Part shown: positions 27,030 to 40,389 of the stretch, in pieces | How the letters are laid out: each line of letters begins with the position of its first letter | How positions within the stretch are numbered: position 1 is the first letter of the stretch | NCBI GenBank assembly: GCA_963514005.1 | Contig: OY740814.1 | Location: 13,206,001 to 13,270,000 of the forward strand | Direction: 5' to 3' | Length of the DNA stretch: 64,000 bases | Source of the DNA: Raja brachyura | Lineage: Eukaryota | Made by a program: the position numbers and the translations under genes | Notes under the pieces: model-generated | The model's input: the letters and a program-made list of their open reading frames with translations, nothing else | What the model was told of the DNA's origin: nothing | Databases searched by the model: none

Positions 27030-27575
27030 CCCACAATGTATATATGCCGAACATGTTAATCTCTTTAGCCTGCAAGTGATCCATGTCCCTCCGCTCCTTG
27101 CATATCCATGTGCCTCTGTAAAAGCCTCTGAAATGTCAGTGGTATCTGCTTTCATCTCTGCTGCAGGCACCCGCCACTCTATTAAAAAAATATTTGCCCC
27201 ACACATCTCTTAAAGTTTTCACCCCTTTGCCTTAAAACTATTCCTTCTAATGGAAAAAGGTTCTGATTATATACCCTATGTATATATCTCCTCATTTTAT
27301 ATGCTTTTAGCAGGTCTTCCTTCAATATCCACTCTACATTGAAAAGGATCCAACCTCTCCTGAAACCTGATACTTCTAATCCAGGTAGAATTCTGGTAAA
27401 TCCCTTCTGCACCTTCTCCAAAGCGTCCAGATCGTTCCTGTGATGGAGTGACTAGAACAGAATACAATATCCAAATGTGGTGTAACCAAGGTTCTGTAAA
27501 GTTGCAATGCGCCTTCCTGACTCTTATACAAGCCCCAACCGATGAAGGCAAGCATACCGTAGGCCTTCTTTACCT
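27030..27575 (-). mobile_element. Degenerate CR1 LINE 3' fragment
   Basis: EKVQKGFTRILPGL (ORF 27182..27421) and a CR1 tail. Confidence 0.8.
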
Positions 27576-28902
27576 CTTTTCTACTTGAATTGTATTTAAA
27601 TTATCCTTTCGATATTTGAATAAATTAGTTAGAACTGATTATGTAACTTTTTCCACAATGAAAATGGTTGTCTACATAAAATAGTACTTGTTTTGACCAA
27701 GAACGTAGAACAGTACAGCAAAGGTAGTTGCTCTTTGGCCTGCAATATCTTTGCCGAACATGATGCATATGTTGATGCAAAGTGCTAGAGCACCTCAGCA
27801 GGTCAGGGAGCATCCTTGGAGAACATGGATAGGTGATGTTTCAGGTCGGGACACTTCAGTCTAAAAAAATGGTCCTGACCCAAAACATCACCTCTGTTCT
27901 ACAGGGATTCTGCCTGATCTGCTGAATTACTCCAGCACTTTTTTTGGAAATCAGCATTGCATTATTTGTTTCTACATTAAGCAAATATTAATCTCTTCTT
28001 CCTGCACGAGCAATATTCTTCCATTCCTTGCAAATCCGTGTAAAAGATTTCTAAGCGGCACTATTACATCTGCATTCACCATCATCCCTGGTCTTGTGTA
28101 CCAGGCACCCACCACTCATTGGTAAACCCTTTCTGCATTCTCTGCATGGTAATTGCCCAATCTATATCAAAACTGCATTTCTTGAGAAAATAATTCTCAA
28201 AATCATTGGCTGATCCTCGTGTCCTTTTGCCTGTAATTAAATCAACTTTGTGAAAATGATGTGTAGAGATTTGTTTCCTCAGCAAAAACATGGTCAAGGA
28301 GCAATACGGATCACAGTGGGAGGAGCAGTGAGAGGGATTCTCAGTGCTCCTGTCTGCAATAGGCGAACTTCTTCAAAGTGTGTGTACTCCGAAGGCATTT
28401 AGCAGTGGAGGAGTAAAATGCAAATACAAGAGACTGCTAGAATCCTGAGCAGTAATCAAACTGCTGAAGGAACTCAGCAGATCAAACAACATCTGTGGAG
28501 GGAACTGGACCTTGCGACCAATCGTCGACTGTCCTTTTTCCTGCACAGATGTTGCTTGACCCACTGAGTCCCTTCAGCATTTTGTTTATTGCTCAAAATT
28601 GCAGCATCTAGTCTGTTATGTCTCCATTTTTACTGCTTTTAGTATTCCATGTCTATTGCTTTTTGGCAGATGTAGCTTACCACAATGCTTTCTTTGAGGT
28701 ATTTTTTGCCGATTGATGCAACAATCTAACAAGAACAAATTGTTGTTGTTACAATAGAACAGAAAAGCTTTCTTCTGAAAAAATGGCTTATTCTCAAGAG
28801 GTGGTTTGCACTGAATAATCATAGGCAGGCAGCAAAGAAACAGGCTACACACACCACCCTGTCCATACCAACCATTTACCAGCACTTGGTCCATAGCCTT
28901 AA

Positions 28903-29132
28903 TGGGCCTGTCCCACTTCGCCTTAATGGGCCTGTCCCACTTTTTTTTTGGGCAGATCCAGGCGACTGCTGCAAAATTTTCAACATGTTAAAAAAAAAAA
29001 AATTGGTGACAGTGGCGCCAATTTTTGCAGTCATAGGTGCTGTCGTAGGTTGTCGCCAGGTGTCGTAGGGGAATTCCATTAAAATTATTCCCTGGCAGTT
29101 GCCGAAAGAGTCGCTTAAGTGGGACGGGTCCA
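28903..29132. mobile_element. PIF/Harbinger-type MITE with duplicated left end
   Basis: tgggcctgtcccactt / aagtgggacgggtcca termini; 24-bp tandem duplication at 28896-28943. Confidence 0.75.
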
Positions 29133-29139
29133 CTATGCC

Positions 29140-29905
29140 TTGGTGATTCAAATGCCATCCAGATGCAGTGAGAAGCTTTGTCGCTCCACCCTCTAAGGCA
29201 ATGTGTTCCAAATTTCAGTCACCTTCTGGATTAAAAAAAAAAAAAGTTTCATCACTTAAATTTCTTAACTTAAACTATGCAACCTGGTTATGAATACTTC
29301 TGCTTTGAAGCAAAATTTACTCGATCTATCCAGTTTGTCCCTGTGAACTGTAACATTACATCCTAGTGAATCTGCTCTGTATCCTTCCCAGAGCAATTCT
29401 AAACTGTGCTGACCAAAACTATACACAATATTCCTGATTTGGCCCAGCCAATATCTTATAAAGCTGTATCATAACTTCCCTATTTTTCGGTGCTGAGGGG
29501 CTAGGCATGAACGGTATAATTTCCATTTACATTCGACTTCCCAAAGTGCACCAACTTACACTTGTTCAGATTAAACTTCGTCTGCCATTTCTTCACTCAT
29601 ACTTGTAACCATTCAAAATCCAGCTGCCTTCCTCACTGTATCCTTCTGCCTTCCAAGGAATACAGTCCTAGACTGCCCAACTGCTCCATTTTGCTCAACC
29701 CCTCAAGTCCTGCCAACATCCTAGTAAATCTCTGTACCATTTCCAGCTTAACAACATCTTTCCTATAACAGGGTGACCAAAACTGAACACAACACCAACT
29801 GTGGCCTTACCAGTGCCTTGTAGAGCTATAACATAACATCCCAACTTCTATACTCAAAACCCTGACTGCAGAAGGCCAATGTGCCAAAACCGATCCAGAC
29901 CACCT
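29140..29905 (-). mobile_element. Degenerate CR1 LINE fragments
   Basis: Repeated 'gaccaaaact..acacaa' (VQFWSP) blocks on the minus strand. Confidence 0.65.
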
Positions 29906-32600
29906 TATGAACTTGAAATTGTTCAATGTTTCATATCGCAATTTGCATTTTGGAAAGCTACCTGGCTTGCTCAACCAATATATAAATCCTACATCTTTGA
30001 ATATACGCCTTAAAGCTCTGTCTCTTTGGGAGGAGGGAGAAGGGTAGGGAGAAATGACTAAAAATAGCCTTTGAAAACCGTTTTGTAAATTTTGTTGAAT
30101 TTCATTTGTGTTTCTTAGCTCTGCAGGTAGGAACTAATTACATGTCCACATTGATTCATATGTTAATTCAGTAACATCAAAGTAAACCTATTATTTATTT
30201 GGACAGATGTACACTTAATTACAAGCTGGAATCTTTTTGTTTACTTAAAACAAACTGTTCATTGTTGTTGGCAGTCTTGATGAGTTTGGTTTTCTGTTCG
30301 GCTGTAAATGTAGAAGTTTGCAGGAAGCAGGATACTTTATCAAGTGTTTCAAAGTCGCTGGTTATCTGCTTTTGGGCACTAATATTCTGCTGCTGCTTGG
30401 ACATTGTCTCTAGGAGTTGGGCTGCCAGGACTTTGGTATGGCCGAGCAAGAAATGGCAGTGGGAGGGGGTGAGTGGGTACTCTGCACTGCCAATCCACTG
30501 CCTTCAGAAATTTGACAAAGCTCTTATGTTTGCGAACACTTAGGACCATTTTTAAACAAAGATATTGTAACATTTGCCTTTTCTAGGTTTAGTACAATAT
30601 ACAACAGTAAAATATACACTAAAAATTAATTTTAAACTGAATTAAAAAGGTTTGCATTTTTTGCAACCTGATTTCACAGAATCTGATGCAGGGGGAAGAC
30701 TGTTCAGTCCATTAAGTCTATAGAATTTTCCCCAGTATCTCCCCATTGCCTGCAGTTTTTTCCTTTCACTGTCATGGTCCAGTATGACATGTTAGCCATA
30801 TACTGCCATGGTAGCATCTAATGTGTCTGTAAAGCAGATAATTGGTAATCATTTCAATATTTTGCTTCTTATCCAGTCCATATGACAAACACTCTTGGCA
30901 CTTGACTTTCAGATATATAAGCAAGTCCCATAATTATATCCTATTAGCCCTGTGAGTACATTCGAAATCCTTACTGCTTGCCTTGCTTTAAAGAAAATGT
31001 TCCTCACGTCAGTTTTGATTCTTTTACAAATTACCTTCATTTTATGTCCTGTATTCTTCACCTATTTGCCATGGGAATACTTTTCCTCTATCTTTGTCAA
31101 TACTCTGTGGTTTTTCCTTCATGGATCCTGTCTGAATCTTAGTTTGAAGGAGAATAACATCCAGCTTTTTCAGTCTTTGCACATTATTGAAGTCCTGCAT
31201 CCCTGGATTTCCTTTGGCAAATGTCTTAAGCATGTTTTAAAAAAATGTTCTGGTCTCGATACCTGTAACCTAATAAAGCTATGTACAACTTTCCTAATAT
31301 GTAGTTTCCAGAGCAACAAACAATCTGCTTAAGGAACTCAGCAGTTTGAGCTGTATCTGTAGAGTCATTTTTGGTCCAAAACCTGCGTCGGATCGCTAAG
31401 TTCTACCAGCAAATTGTTTAATGCTGGAGGTAACAGCATCTACCATTGCGTCTCCTCCATGTGGTTTCGAGAACTGATACACAATTCTGGTTGTGGTTGA
31501 ACCAATTTATCAATGTTCATCGCTTCCTTACCCTCATACTCTTATATTTCTATTTAAAATGCTGGGATTTGGTATTTGTTTCTATCTTCTATGCCACTCT
31601 CAACAAACAATGCATGAACATTCCCCAGATCTGTTCTTGCACTGCTTTAATAAATGTGCCCTCTTATTTGGATTGCATTTTCTCATGAAACCAAAATATA
31701 ACACTTTGCATCTCTCAGTCAGTTTATATCTTGAAATCTCATGTTATCCTCCTCCCAGTTCATTATGCTTCCATTTTTTGTGTTACTTCCGTTTTTGAAA
31801 TTGTGCTATTGCATCCAAGTTGTGGTCCTAATACTGAATACTCAGTGCGCCATTGTACAATACACCTTGGTCTTTGGTGACCCTTGGACTATCCTTGATC
31901 GGATGTAGCGGGCATTACCTTGCACTAAACGTTATTCCCTTATCATGTATCTATACATTGTAAATGTCTCGATTGTAATCATCTAATGACTTTCTGCTGA
32001 CTGGATAGTACACAGATGGAAATTATAGAGCTGTTAATAGAGCTAATGCAATTTTGAGCAATGTAATTGCCAGAGATAGATTCAAAAAGCTAGAGTAACG
32101 CAGTGGGTCAGGCAGCACGGGTCTAGACCCGAAACATCACCCATTCCTTCTCTCCAGAGATGCTGCCTGTCCCGCTGAGTTACTCCAGCTTTTTGTGCCT
32201 ATCTTCGGGTCGGAGGGCATCTCTAGAGAAAAGGAATAGAGGCTCTTCAGTCATTGGTGTGATCATCAAGTTGAGTTCTGTAAATATTATCATGGGCAGA
32301 TTCATCTGCAGTACAGAATGGTGAAGATGCTAGCGATGCTCTTTACTATATTTGACTTCAGAGAAGCTATCAAGTGCTTGTGAAGGGATCTATCTCAAAA
32401 TGATAGACAAATTATACTCACTGCATGTATTTTGTGTTGCTCAGGAGGATGGCAGCATTTTATTCTCACTTTTGGACTGTAATTGAAACTTGTCAACTTT
32501 GTATATCCATGTGGCAAACCTTCAAACCATGTTTTCAGTTGTATCATGTTAGCATCATATTGGAGGAAGATGAAAAGAAAAGCAGGGCTCTCTTTAGTAA

Positions 32601-34567
32601 AGGCCCTGTCTCACAGTGCGAGTCCACCCAAGAGTGACCCCAAGTGAAAGAAAAAAAACGGACTCGTGGTTATGCACGAGATTCAAAGTTTATGGTCAAG
32701 TGTTTAACCGAGTTCCCACGGGCATGTTCTTTATGCGATGTTCCAAGGTGCTCTCCCGAGTTACCAAGTTCCTCTCCCGTTACACTTGAGCCAACCGTGA
32801 ATGAAGGTATGTTTTAATAAAGCAACGATGTTAAAGAAGACATCTCCATCCTGTGGCTTTGAGTTAAAGATAGAAATCAGCGCGGCTGCATCTATTAATA
32901 TGACCTACAGAGGGAAAATGCGCATCAGATTGTTGGGAGACGGAGCTCAGGGTTCGCCTCCTGAGCTGCTTTGGTGCCCAGGCGTGAGGGAGGTTGGGGA
33001 GGGGGGGGGGGGGGGCGTCATTAATCTGTCTGGGGTGACAAGGCCCTTGGGTTAGGAGTGGTGTGCAAGGGAGACTTAATTCTCTCCGATCTCGCTGAAG
33101 CCCTGGACCAGAACAAAGGAAACCCATCTTGCCAGCGCGTACAAGCCCGTTGTATATAAGGGTCTCGACCCGAAACGTCACCTGTCTCCTTCATTCCTTC
33201 GCTCCTTAGATGCTGCTGCACCCGCTGAGTTTCTCCAGCATTTTGTGTACCCCCGTTGTATATAACTTTGCTGCTGACGCGCACACCCACTCTCTCTCCC
33301 TCCCTCTCTCTCTCTCTGCTCTCTATCACTGCAGCTCAGAGCCCAAGCTCGCCATCCTATAGTGGTAACATTCACATCGTGTCCCCTCCACACCCACACC
33401 CCCTCTCTCCGACACACACCCCCCACAAGGCAACAGGCAGCGTGAGAGACAGAGAGTTTGTAGGGTGTTAGTTTTGTATAAGGATTTATTTTTAAATTGT
33501 TAGCCAAGGTCGGATTTACTTATTTTAAACGATGTTTGGAGCGCTTGACAATACTTTTTACTCTTTGCGCTCGTTTTCAGAAAGGGTTCAGACCCCGCTT
33601 GGCTCGTTGCCCCCTTTGAACCAAGCCCTGCGAGAGGGATGGAGGGAGGGAGGGAAGATGTGAGTGAACAAGAGCGCCGAGGAGGAGAGGGAAATAGGGG
33701 GGGTGGGGGAGTGGGTGGAGGAGAAATTGGGAAGAAGTTAGTTGTTCAGATCAGAAACCTGTAGGCTGGGAGCCATAATGGTGAAGAGCACACCCAGTTC
33801 TTCTGAGGAGTGCATAAGAGACTTAGATCGGAAGCAATGTTCCTCTAGAACTGTAACTGAAACCGTGTCCACATCACCTCCTCTTGGCCGGACCGCAACA
33901 CCAAATCTACGCGTCAGGAAAATCCAATGTTCATTGATTCATCTCCATGGTTTTTATAGCTAATTTTCCAATAAATAACTGCAGTAATCACCCCCCGAAA
34001 GGGTAGGATAGGGCTGAAGCCCAGTGTTTAGACATTGGAATGTTTTTTTTTAATCATTCTAATAGAATGATTTTCCAACTCCTGTGGTAATTAAACTTTT
34101 TTTTCACTCCTAGTTTTTTTTAAACATATTTTTAGGATATACATTATATATAAAATTGTACACATGGGAAAATAAGACGAAAATGACCAAAAAACAAAGA
34201 ATATTTAGTCTAGGGTGAATTAAATTTTGTGATTAAGACTCAAATGTGAATGGCACTGAAATATTTTAAAGAGTTCCCACGGTAGACTCACGAATCACTA
34301 CGTTAAACGCACGGGCCCTACGTTCTTACAACGAGTCTAAATGTTTCAATTTTAAACTTGAACACTAAATTTGACTCGTGAAAAAAGTCAAACATGTTTG
34401 ACTTTTTTCACGAGTTCACAAGTTTCGCGGGTACCTGCCGTTAGCGCCACGAGTGGACAAGTTGATCGCGCGAGGTCCCACGTTCCCGCTACGTTGGCTG
34501 TACGTGATCACCACGAGTGAAAACTCGGGGTCACTCGTGGGCCAACTCGCACCGTGAGACAGGGGTT
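32601..34567. mobile_element. Non-autonomous PIF/Harbinger element (~2 kb)
   Basis: Long imperfect TIRs (aggccctgtctcacagtgcgagt / actcgcaccgtgagacaggggtt); TAA TSDs at 32598-600 and 34568-70; no transposase recognised. Confidence 0.82.
33160..33251 (+). repeat. Same family, nested in the Harbinger element
   Basis: 14-bp TSD cccgttgtatataa at 33146-59 and 33252-65; starts gggtctcgacccgaaacgtcacc. Confidence 0.85.
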
Positions 34568-34899
34568 TAAGCGATCAAAATGTGAAGGGTGTTCTGACTT
34601 GTTAAAGGTCAATGACAGACTTGCTAGTTTTGTATCTGAACCAAACATTCTATGGTATTCCAGGCCATCACTGATAAATTGACCTATAAATCCAGCTAAT
34701 TGATGGACCATCTGAGGCTTAGATTGACACAGGAGGCTTGTACTGTACTTTAAACTAGCAATAGATATCACAAATTCCATAACCTAGTGTTGATTAATTT
34801 GACTACTTCAGAGAATGTTCTTTTAATTTGAACGTAAAAATGTTGTGTACAGATGCCTCGGTGATTCGGATATTTTTAAAGTGATGATGGTTTTGTGTC

Positions 34900-35305
34900 G
34901 AACATAGAACAGTACAGCACAAGAACAGCCGTTATGCCCACAATAACTCTTATCTGCCTGCATTGAATCCATATCCCTCTAATCCCTGCATAACCAGAAT
35001 GCCTATCCAGAAGTCTCTTAAATGCCACTATTTTATCTGCCTCAACCACCACCTCTGGCAGCATGCACCAGGCACTCGCCACCCTCTATGCAAAAAAAAC
35101 CCACTATACCCTGCACATGTGGTTTAAACTTTTCCCCTCTCAACTTAAAGCTATGCCTTCTAATATTTGATTTGTCCATCCTGGAGAAAAGTGAATGCAA
35201 TACTCCATATGTGACCTAACCAAAGTCCTATAAAGCTGCACCTTGACCCTTATACTTAATGCCCTGACCTATGAAAGCAAGTTTACCATATGCCGCTTTC
35301 ACCAC
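34900..35305 (-). mobile_element. Degenerate CR1 LINE 3' fragment
   Basis: LPEVVVEADKIVAFKRLLDRH (ORF 34876..35082); aacatagaacagtacagcac tail. Confidence 0.8.
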
Positions 35306-35863
35306 ACAAGTTGCCTGTTTTCATTTTGAAAGAAAATAGAGACAAGGTCATATGACAGCACAAATTCTGAATACTGGACATTTGAATTTAAAACACAAAG
35401 TACAAAGTTCTGCTCACCAATTTCTCAGTATTAAATGTTGTCTTCTACCTTCCATTCCACCAGTGACCCATCTTTTGAATGTGCCTCATCTAACTAGCAG
35501 GATGGAAAACCAGACATTAGTGACATGGCTCATCTGATGAACTATTTTCCTTTTGCAAAACTCGTTCTCTAAATACTGTACTACATTTTCTTTGAGCAAT
35601 GTTAAGTGCAACTTTCAATTAACCCCAGTCATGATTAATACGAAATGTGCTATTTTTAAGATAAGCTCATGTTACAGATTCGTGCATGCCTATATCGAAT
35701 ACAAATGGAGTTGAATGCCACATTATTTTCTTCCTACTGTTGAATTTGTGTGAAGGTTGCTGTGAATGACTAGCATGGAATAAGCTTTTGTGGTATACGA
35801 GTGTGATATTAAAATTCTGGCTATGTTTTTTGAGTAATGGATTTTGTTTGACATTTTATTTAG

Positions 35864-36039
35864 GATATCCAGCTTTCAGCAGAGGTAGAGCCATTTATAC
35901 CCCAGAAGAAGGGTATTGAGACGGTTGTTCCTATGGCACTCCAAAATGATGGAAATGGTTGTGGTGTTGAAGGTCCGCCTATTCCAAGTTACTTGATAAC
36001 CTGTTATCCCTTTGTACAAGAAAACCAATCTAATAATAG
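35864..36039 (+). CDS. SECISBP2L: SECISBP2L exon 2 (DIQLSAEVEPFIPQKK...YLITCYPFVQENQSNN)
   Basis: tttag|GAT acceptor, AG|gtgagt donor; conserved SBP2/SBP2L N-terminal motif. Confidence 0.95.
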
Positions 36040-37278
36040 GTGAGTGTGGGTACAGGAACCACCGTTTGTACCCTTGCATATTTCCATTAAGAGCTGCTGA
36101 TCACATTCTCAAGTTGAAAAGTGTTCTCAAGTTTCAGCATTATGCCTGATTGAGGTAATTGTGGTGCATCATATAGTGAAATGCCGATAGCTACAGCTTT
36201 GTATGGTTTTTATAGTAAAACCACAGTCCAAACAATTTGAAAGATCCGCTGAGTTATTCCAGCTTTGTGTGTATATCCTGCATCTACCTTTAACCAGGGT
36301 AAAAGAGAATCCCTTAACAGTTTTTCTCAATGAAATTCCCTGGGATTTGTCCACTTTCTAGGCTTTACTGAATTCCTTTGGCATTTGCCTGTGCGTCTAC
36401 CGTCCATAGATGAGAATGTCATAAGTTTTGCTTTTCAAGCCTTGAAATGTGGGCAACAAGTTCTGTATGCTGTATCATTTGGAAAATGAGTTTGTCTCAA
36501 TCTCATGGACACATAATAGTTTGTGATTTGAGGGAGATCAAGAAATTTGTTTACCAAAAATGTTGATCCTCAAGAGGGGTGAATGAATAAAAGCAAGCAT
36601 GAGTTGCACATGGGTTTTTATGGTAATAATCTTTCTTGGTTTTTTTGGCTAATACTCTCCTGACCATTGTTCTCTGATGTATACTTTATTTATATATCGT
36701 TTGGTTTTTGAATATTTTCATTGAACACTACTGAAATTTAGGTTTAGTTTTAGTTCTGACTCGCATCAGTTTATTGTCGTATACATGATGGTTGGATGAA
36801 ACTCGATCACATAAAGCTCATAATAAATGGTATACATGGTAATGATAAATACAACAGTAAATAACTAGTGGAAAGTGATGCAAAGATTATAATGCAATCT
36901 GAAATAGTGCAAAAAGATCTCGTACATTAAGTTAACTGTGGCCAACAAACCCATCAGGGTGCTTGCTTTTGTGATGTGGGAGAAAAATAGATCACCTGGC
37001 AGAAACCTGTACAATCACAGGGCGAATGTACAAACTCCACACAGGCAATGCCTGAGGTACATAATCCACGCCGCTGGAGGTTTGAGGCAGCAGTTCTATA
37101 CACTTGGGTTTGAATTGAAACGTTATTGTTTCCATTTGATGGATTTATGAGAAAAGTGTATACTCAGCTGGACATTTCTCTGATGAGGAAGCAGAAGTTT
37201 GGGGGGGGGGGGGAGCAGAAGTGCAGAGATAGGGTGTAAATGAATAATTATACATATTTAATTATTTTGTTTTTATAG

Positions 37279-37597
37279 GCAATTGCCTGCGTACAATGGT
37301 GATATTCGGTGGCCTCAAGCGAGTCCAAACTCAGGAGGACCATACTTTGCTTATCCAATATTGCCAACTCCACAGCCTCTTGTTTCTACTGATTATGCTT
37401 ATTACCAGTTCATGCCAGCACCATGCACACCGATGATGGGTTTCTATTCCCCTTTACCAACACCGTATACTGCATCCTTCCAACCTGCAACCGTGGTAAA
37501 TGCAGTTTCTGACTGTAATGAAAGATCCGTTCCTGCTGGAGCTGTGTGTCCTACCACAACTCCAAGAAGCAGAGTCAACAGAGGGCCATTGCCAAAG
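37279..37597 (+). CDS. SECISBP2L: SECISBP2L exon 3 (QLPAYNGDIRW...GPLPK)
   Basis: tatag|G acceptor, AAG|gtaggg donor; lies in ORF 37283..37627. Confidence 0.95.
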
Positions 37598-37904
37598 GTA
37601 GGGATTTGCTGCCTTTTTGTCTTTTAACATTTATTGATCGCCTCTTGCATGTCTCCATTTAAAAATTAGTCTTTGCTTTTATTCTGAAATACTTGTATCA
37701 ATTTGTTGAAAAACTTGATATGGTACAGTAAGATGAGCAGTATGTTACGGCTGGCAGCTTTATAGCTGCGCAGCCTATTTGAAGTAATACAGCACTAGGG
37801 ATAAAACAGCAGATGCTAGAATTCCCTCCCAAAAAATCAGGAAACATGCTGCAGGTGGTGCAGCAACTATGGGGATTAGGTTAGCCACTCCAATAACCAT
37901 CATA

Positions 37905-38212
37905 AGATCATCAACTCCCACAGTTATCTCGACCACAAATCATTTACGTTAGGGTTACGAACTCCTACTTTCTCCATCTCTATTGTATATGCTATAATAA
38001 GAATTTTCGGACCAACACAAATAGGATGTCTTTTTTTCCTTCTATCTAACATTGTTGATGGGGTTCTCATTCACACCTCAATCCATCTCCCTCAATCCTA
38101 CTCTCACCCCCTCTCCTAGCTAGAACAAAAGAGTTCCTCTAGAAAGCCTACCATCCTTCCAATTCAGTGGATTGTTCGCCACAATTTCTGCCATCTGCAG
38201 TGAGATTCCACA
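37905..38212 (+). mobile_element. Penelope-like element fragment (RT thumb / linker)
   Basis: Remnant peptides HKIINSHSYLDH, NKRVPL and IQWIVRHNFCHLQ*D resemble PLE YKPTDSHSYL...RVPLV.TYHP...HLQ.DP motifs as I recall them. Confidence 0.55.
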
Positions 38213-38614
38213 GTCTATATTGGTTTAATTGTCTACTTTGGTATGGTGTTGCAGAGACATGCAGATGGAAATGGACCCACAATGTCCTCTGAACCAGTGG
38301 ATACCCAACTGTATTGATCCCATTTCCAGTATTTGGGTTATGGCCTTCTACCTAATGTGATTCAGGTGTTCATTCAAGATGTTGGTTAAATGCTGTCAGC
38401 AGCTCTGTTTCCACCACCTTCTCCAGCATTTATTCTCCACTCTCTGGGTCTCCATTGGATTCCCCTTAAAATTGCTTATCCCTTGCCCTAAATCTCACGT
38501 TGTCTAGCTTTTTCAGATAAGGGGAAAACTTTGTCTACCCGGTCCATATCATACATACGTTTATGCATGCACGTCAGTCATGCCCTCTCTTCACCTTCTA
38601 GGTGGTAAGAGTCA

Positions 38615-39080
38615 AGGGCCTGTCCCACTTTGCGATTTTCTTCGGCAACTGTGAGCGTCAGTGACTGACGCCCATAGTCGCCCTAAAAACTGTAAAGTTG
38701 TACGTCTATATACGACATGCTGCGACACTCCGCGTCACCCGCCTTCACAACACAAGAAGGTTACACTGAAGTATAATAATCACATTGGAAATAAACTTAT
38801 GGACAATCAATCTAAGGACCAATAACATTTTACGAAATGTTTATTTAACGTCAGCTTAAAAATAACATCATATTGAAAAACAACAATTTGTTTAACAAGA
38901 TGTGTTTAACTTCAACAAAATTAACTGTATATATTTAACGGCATATTTCAAAGAACATCATACTTAAGCAAAAATGTTATTCAGCAACAATAGTCAGATC
39001 TGACAATAACATTACAATTTACATCAACTCCAATGAACTTCAAGACAAAGATCTTTATTTTTTCACCACATTAGAAAGAA
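38615..39080. mobile_element. Truncated Harbinger-type element (one TIR)
   Basis: Starts agggcctgtcccactt, the same TIR as at 19675 and 28903; no matching right end found. Confidence 0.55.
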
Positions 39081-39084
39081 CATT

Positions 39085-39852
39085 TATTGATTTATTTGTT
39101 TATTTGTTCCGAACAAGCAAAGACATAAATAGGAATAAATAACAACAACAAAATCGAAATAGTCAAACAATTGGACATTCCAGGCAATATTTGCAAAGCA
39201 ATGAAAAGCATAAAGCAAAATTTAAATGTCCAACACTTTTTCTTTGCAAGCTCGAAAAGGAGTGAGAAGAAGAATAACTTATTTAATCTCGCCCCTTCCC
39301 CTAAACCTTTCTTCCATATTTAATAATTAATTAATAATGATTAACACCACTATTAATAACATTGCTAATAATAATAATGTATCAATAGTAATGTAATATG
39401 TAACATAATATACAATATATAATCTACAATAGCTAATTATTCATTTGAGATACAATTTAACCGTAGACGTACCCCAGACAATTTTTAGAGATGCATACAG
39501 ACATACATATATACATACAACTGATAAACACATACAAGTAATATGTATGAAGTAACCAAAAAAACATAAATAAATAATAAATAAAATAAATAAATAAACA
39601 TTAACCCCTGTTTGTCAACCATCCCCTTCATCCCTGTACCTTGTGAAAAAAAGTTTTTTGTATGTCATTTTGAACTATGTTTGGACATTGCTTTAACTCC
39701 ACATTCAAACTGTTCCACAATCCCACTCCACAGACCGAAATACAAAAAGTTTTTCTGGTCGTGCGGACTCTGTACCTTAAAATTAAATATTCTTCTTTCA
39801 GATGTTCTTAATAATGTACTTTGTAAACTAGCAGAGGTATTTGCATCATCGT
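39085..39852 (-). mobile_element. CR1/L2-superfamily (Crack-like) LINE 3' end
   Basis: Minus strand RTTRKTFCISVCGVGLWNSLNVELKQC; (aata)n tail; AT-rich 3' UTR. Confidence 0.6.
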
Positions 39853-39869
39853 GAGCCCTGGATTAATTT

Positions 39870-40242
39870 CTGGGAGGGTGGTGTAGTGGACAGTGAAGAA
39901 GTTAACAACGGGATAGATCATTTGGGAATGTGGGCCAAGGAAAGCTGGATGGAATTTGACTCTAAGTGTGAGATATTGCACTTTGGTGTGTCAAACCAGG
40001 GCAGGACATGCACCTGCATTCCCAGAGCTTTCTGTTCTGCAATTCTTTAGAGAGATCTACCATTTACTGTGCATGGTTTCCAGAAAATGGTGAGTTGGAT
40101 ACACTGTGGTGAAGAGGTCTTTTGACATGCTTTTCTGCATTGACTGATACGGGCCAAATGCAGGACAATAGCACTAGTTCAGGTGGGCAACTTAGCTGGC
40201 GGAGACAGCTTGGGTTAAAGGGCCTGTTTTCATTCTGTATGA
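39870..40242 (+). mobile_element. Degenerate CR1 fragment ending ~30 nt before exon 4
   Basis: WMEFDSKCEILHFG (ORF 39841..40050); CR1 tail 'gggcctgttttcattctgtatga'. Confidence 0.75.
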
Positions 40243-40271
40243 ACAGTAATTCCCATTCTGTGTCTGTGCAG

Positions 40272-40389
40272 ACTTTGAGAACCAGCAAGCCTCTGGTTAG
40301 AAGTGTGGCTGTACAGAAGGAGAGCAGTGCCTCAGGTCCTGAAAATAGATCAAAAATTGTTTTGCTGGTTGATGCCAGCCAGCAGACAG
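40272..40389 (+). CDS. SECISBP2L: SECISBP2L exon 4 (TLRTSKPLVRSVAVQKE...KIVLLVDASQQT)
   Basis: tgcag|ACT acceptor, G|gtaata donor; conserved motif. Confidence 0.9.

Noticed and set aside
28896-28943. CRISPR-like direct repeats
   Set aside because: Two adjacent copies with no spacer; a local duplication of a MITE end in eukaryotic DNA.
30199-30573. Overlapping ORFs in intron 1 as a nested gene
   Set aside because: No homology recognised, non-ATG starts, no supporting splice structure.
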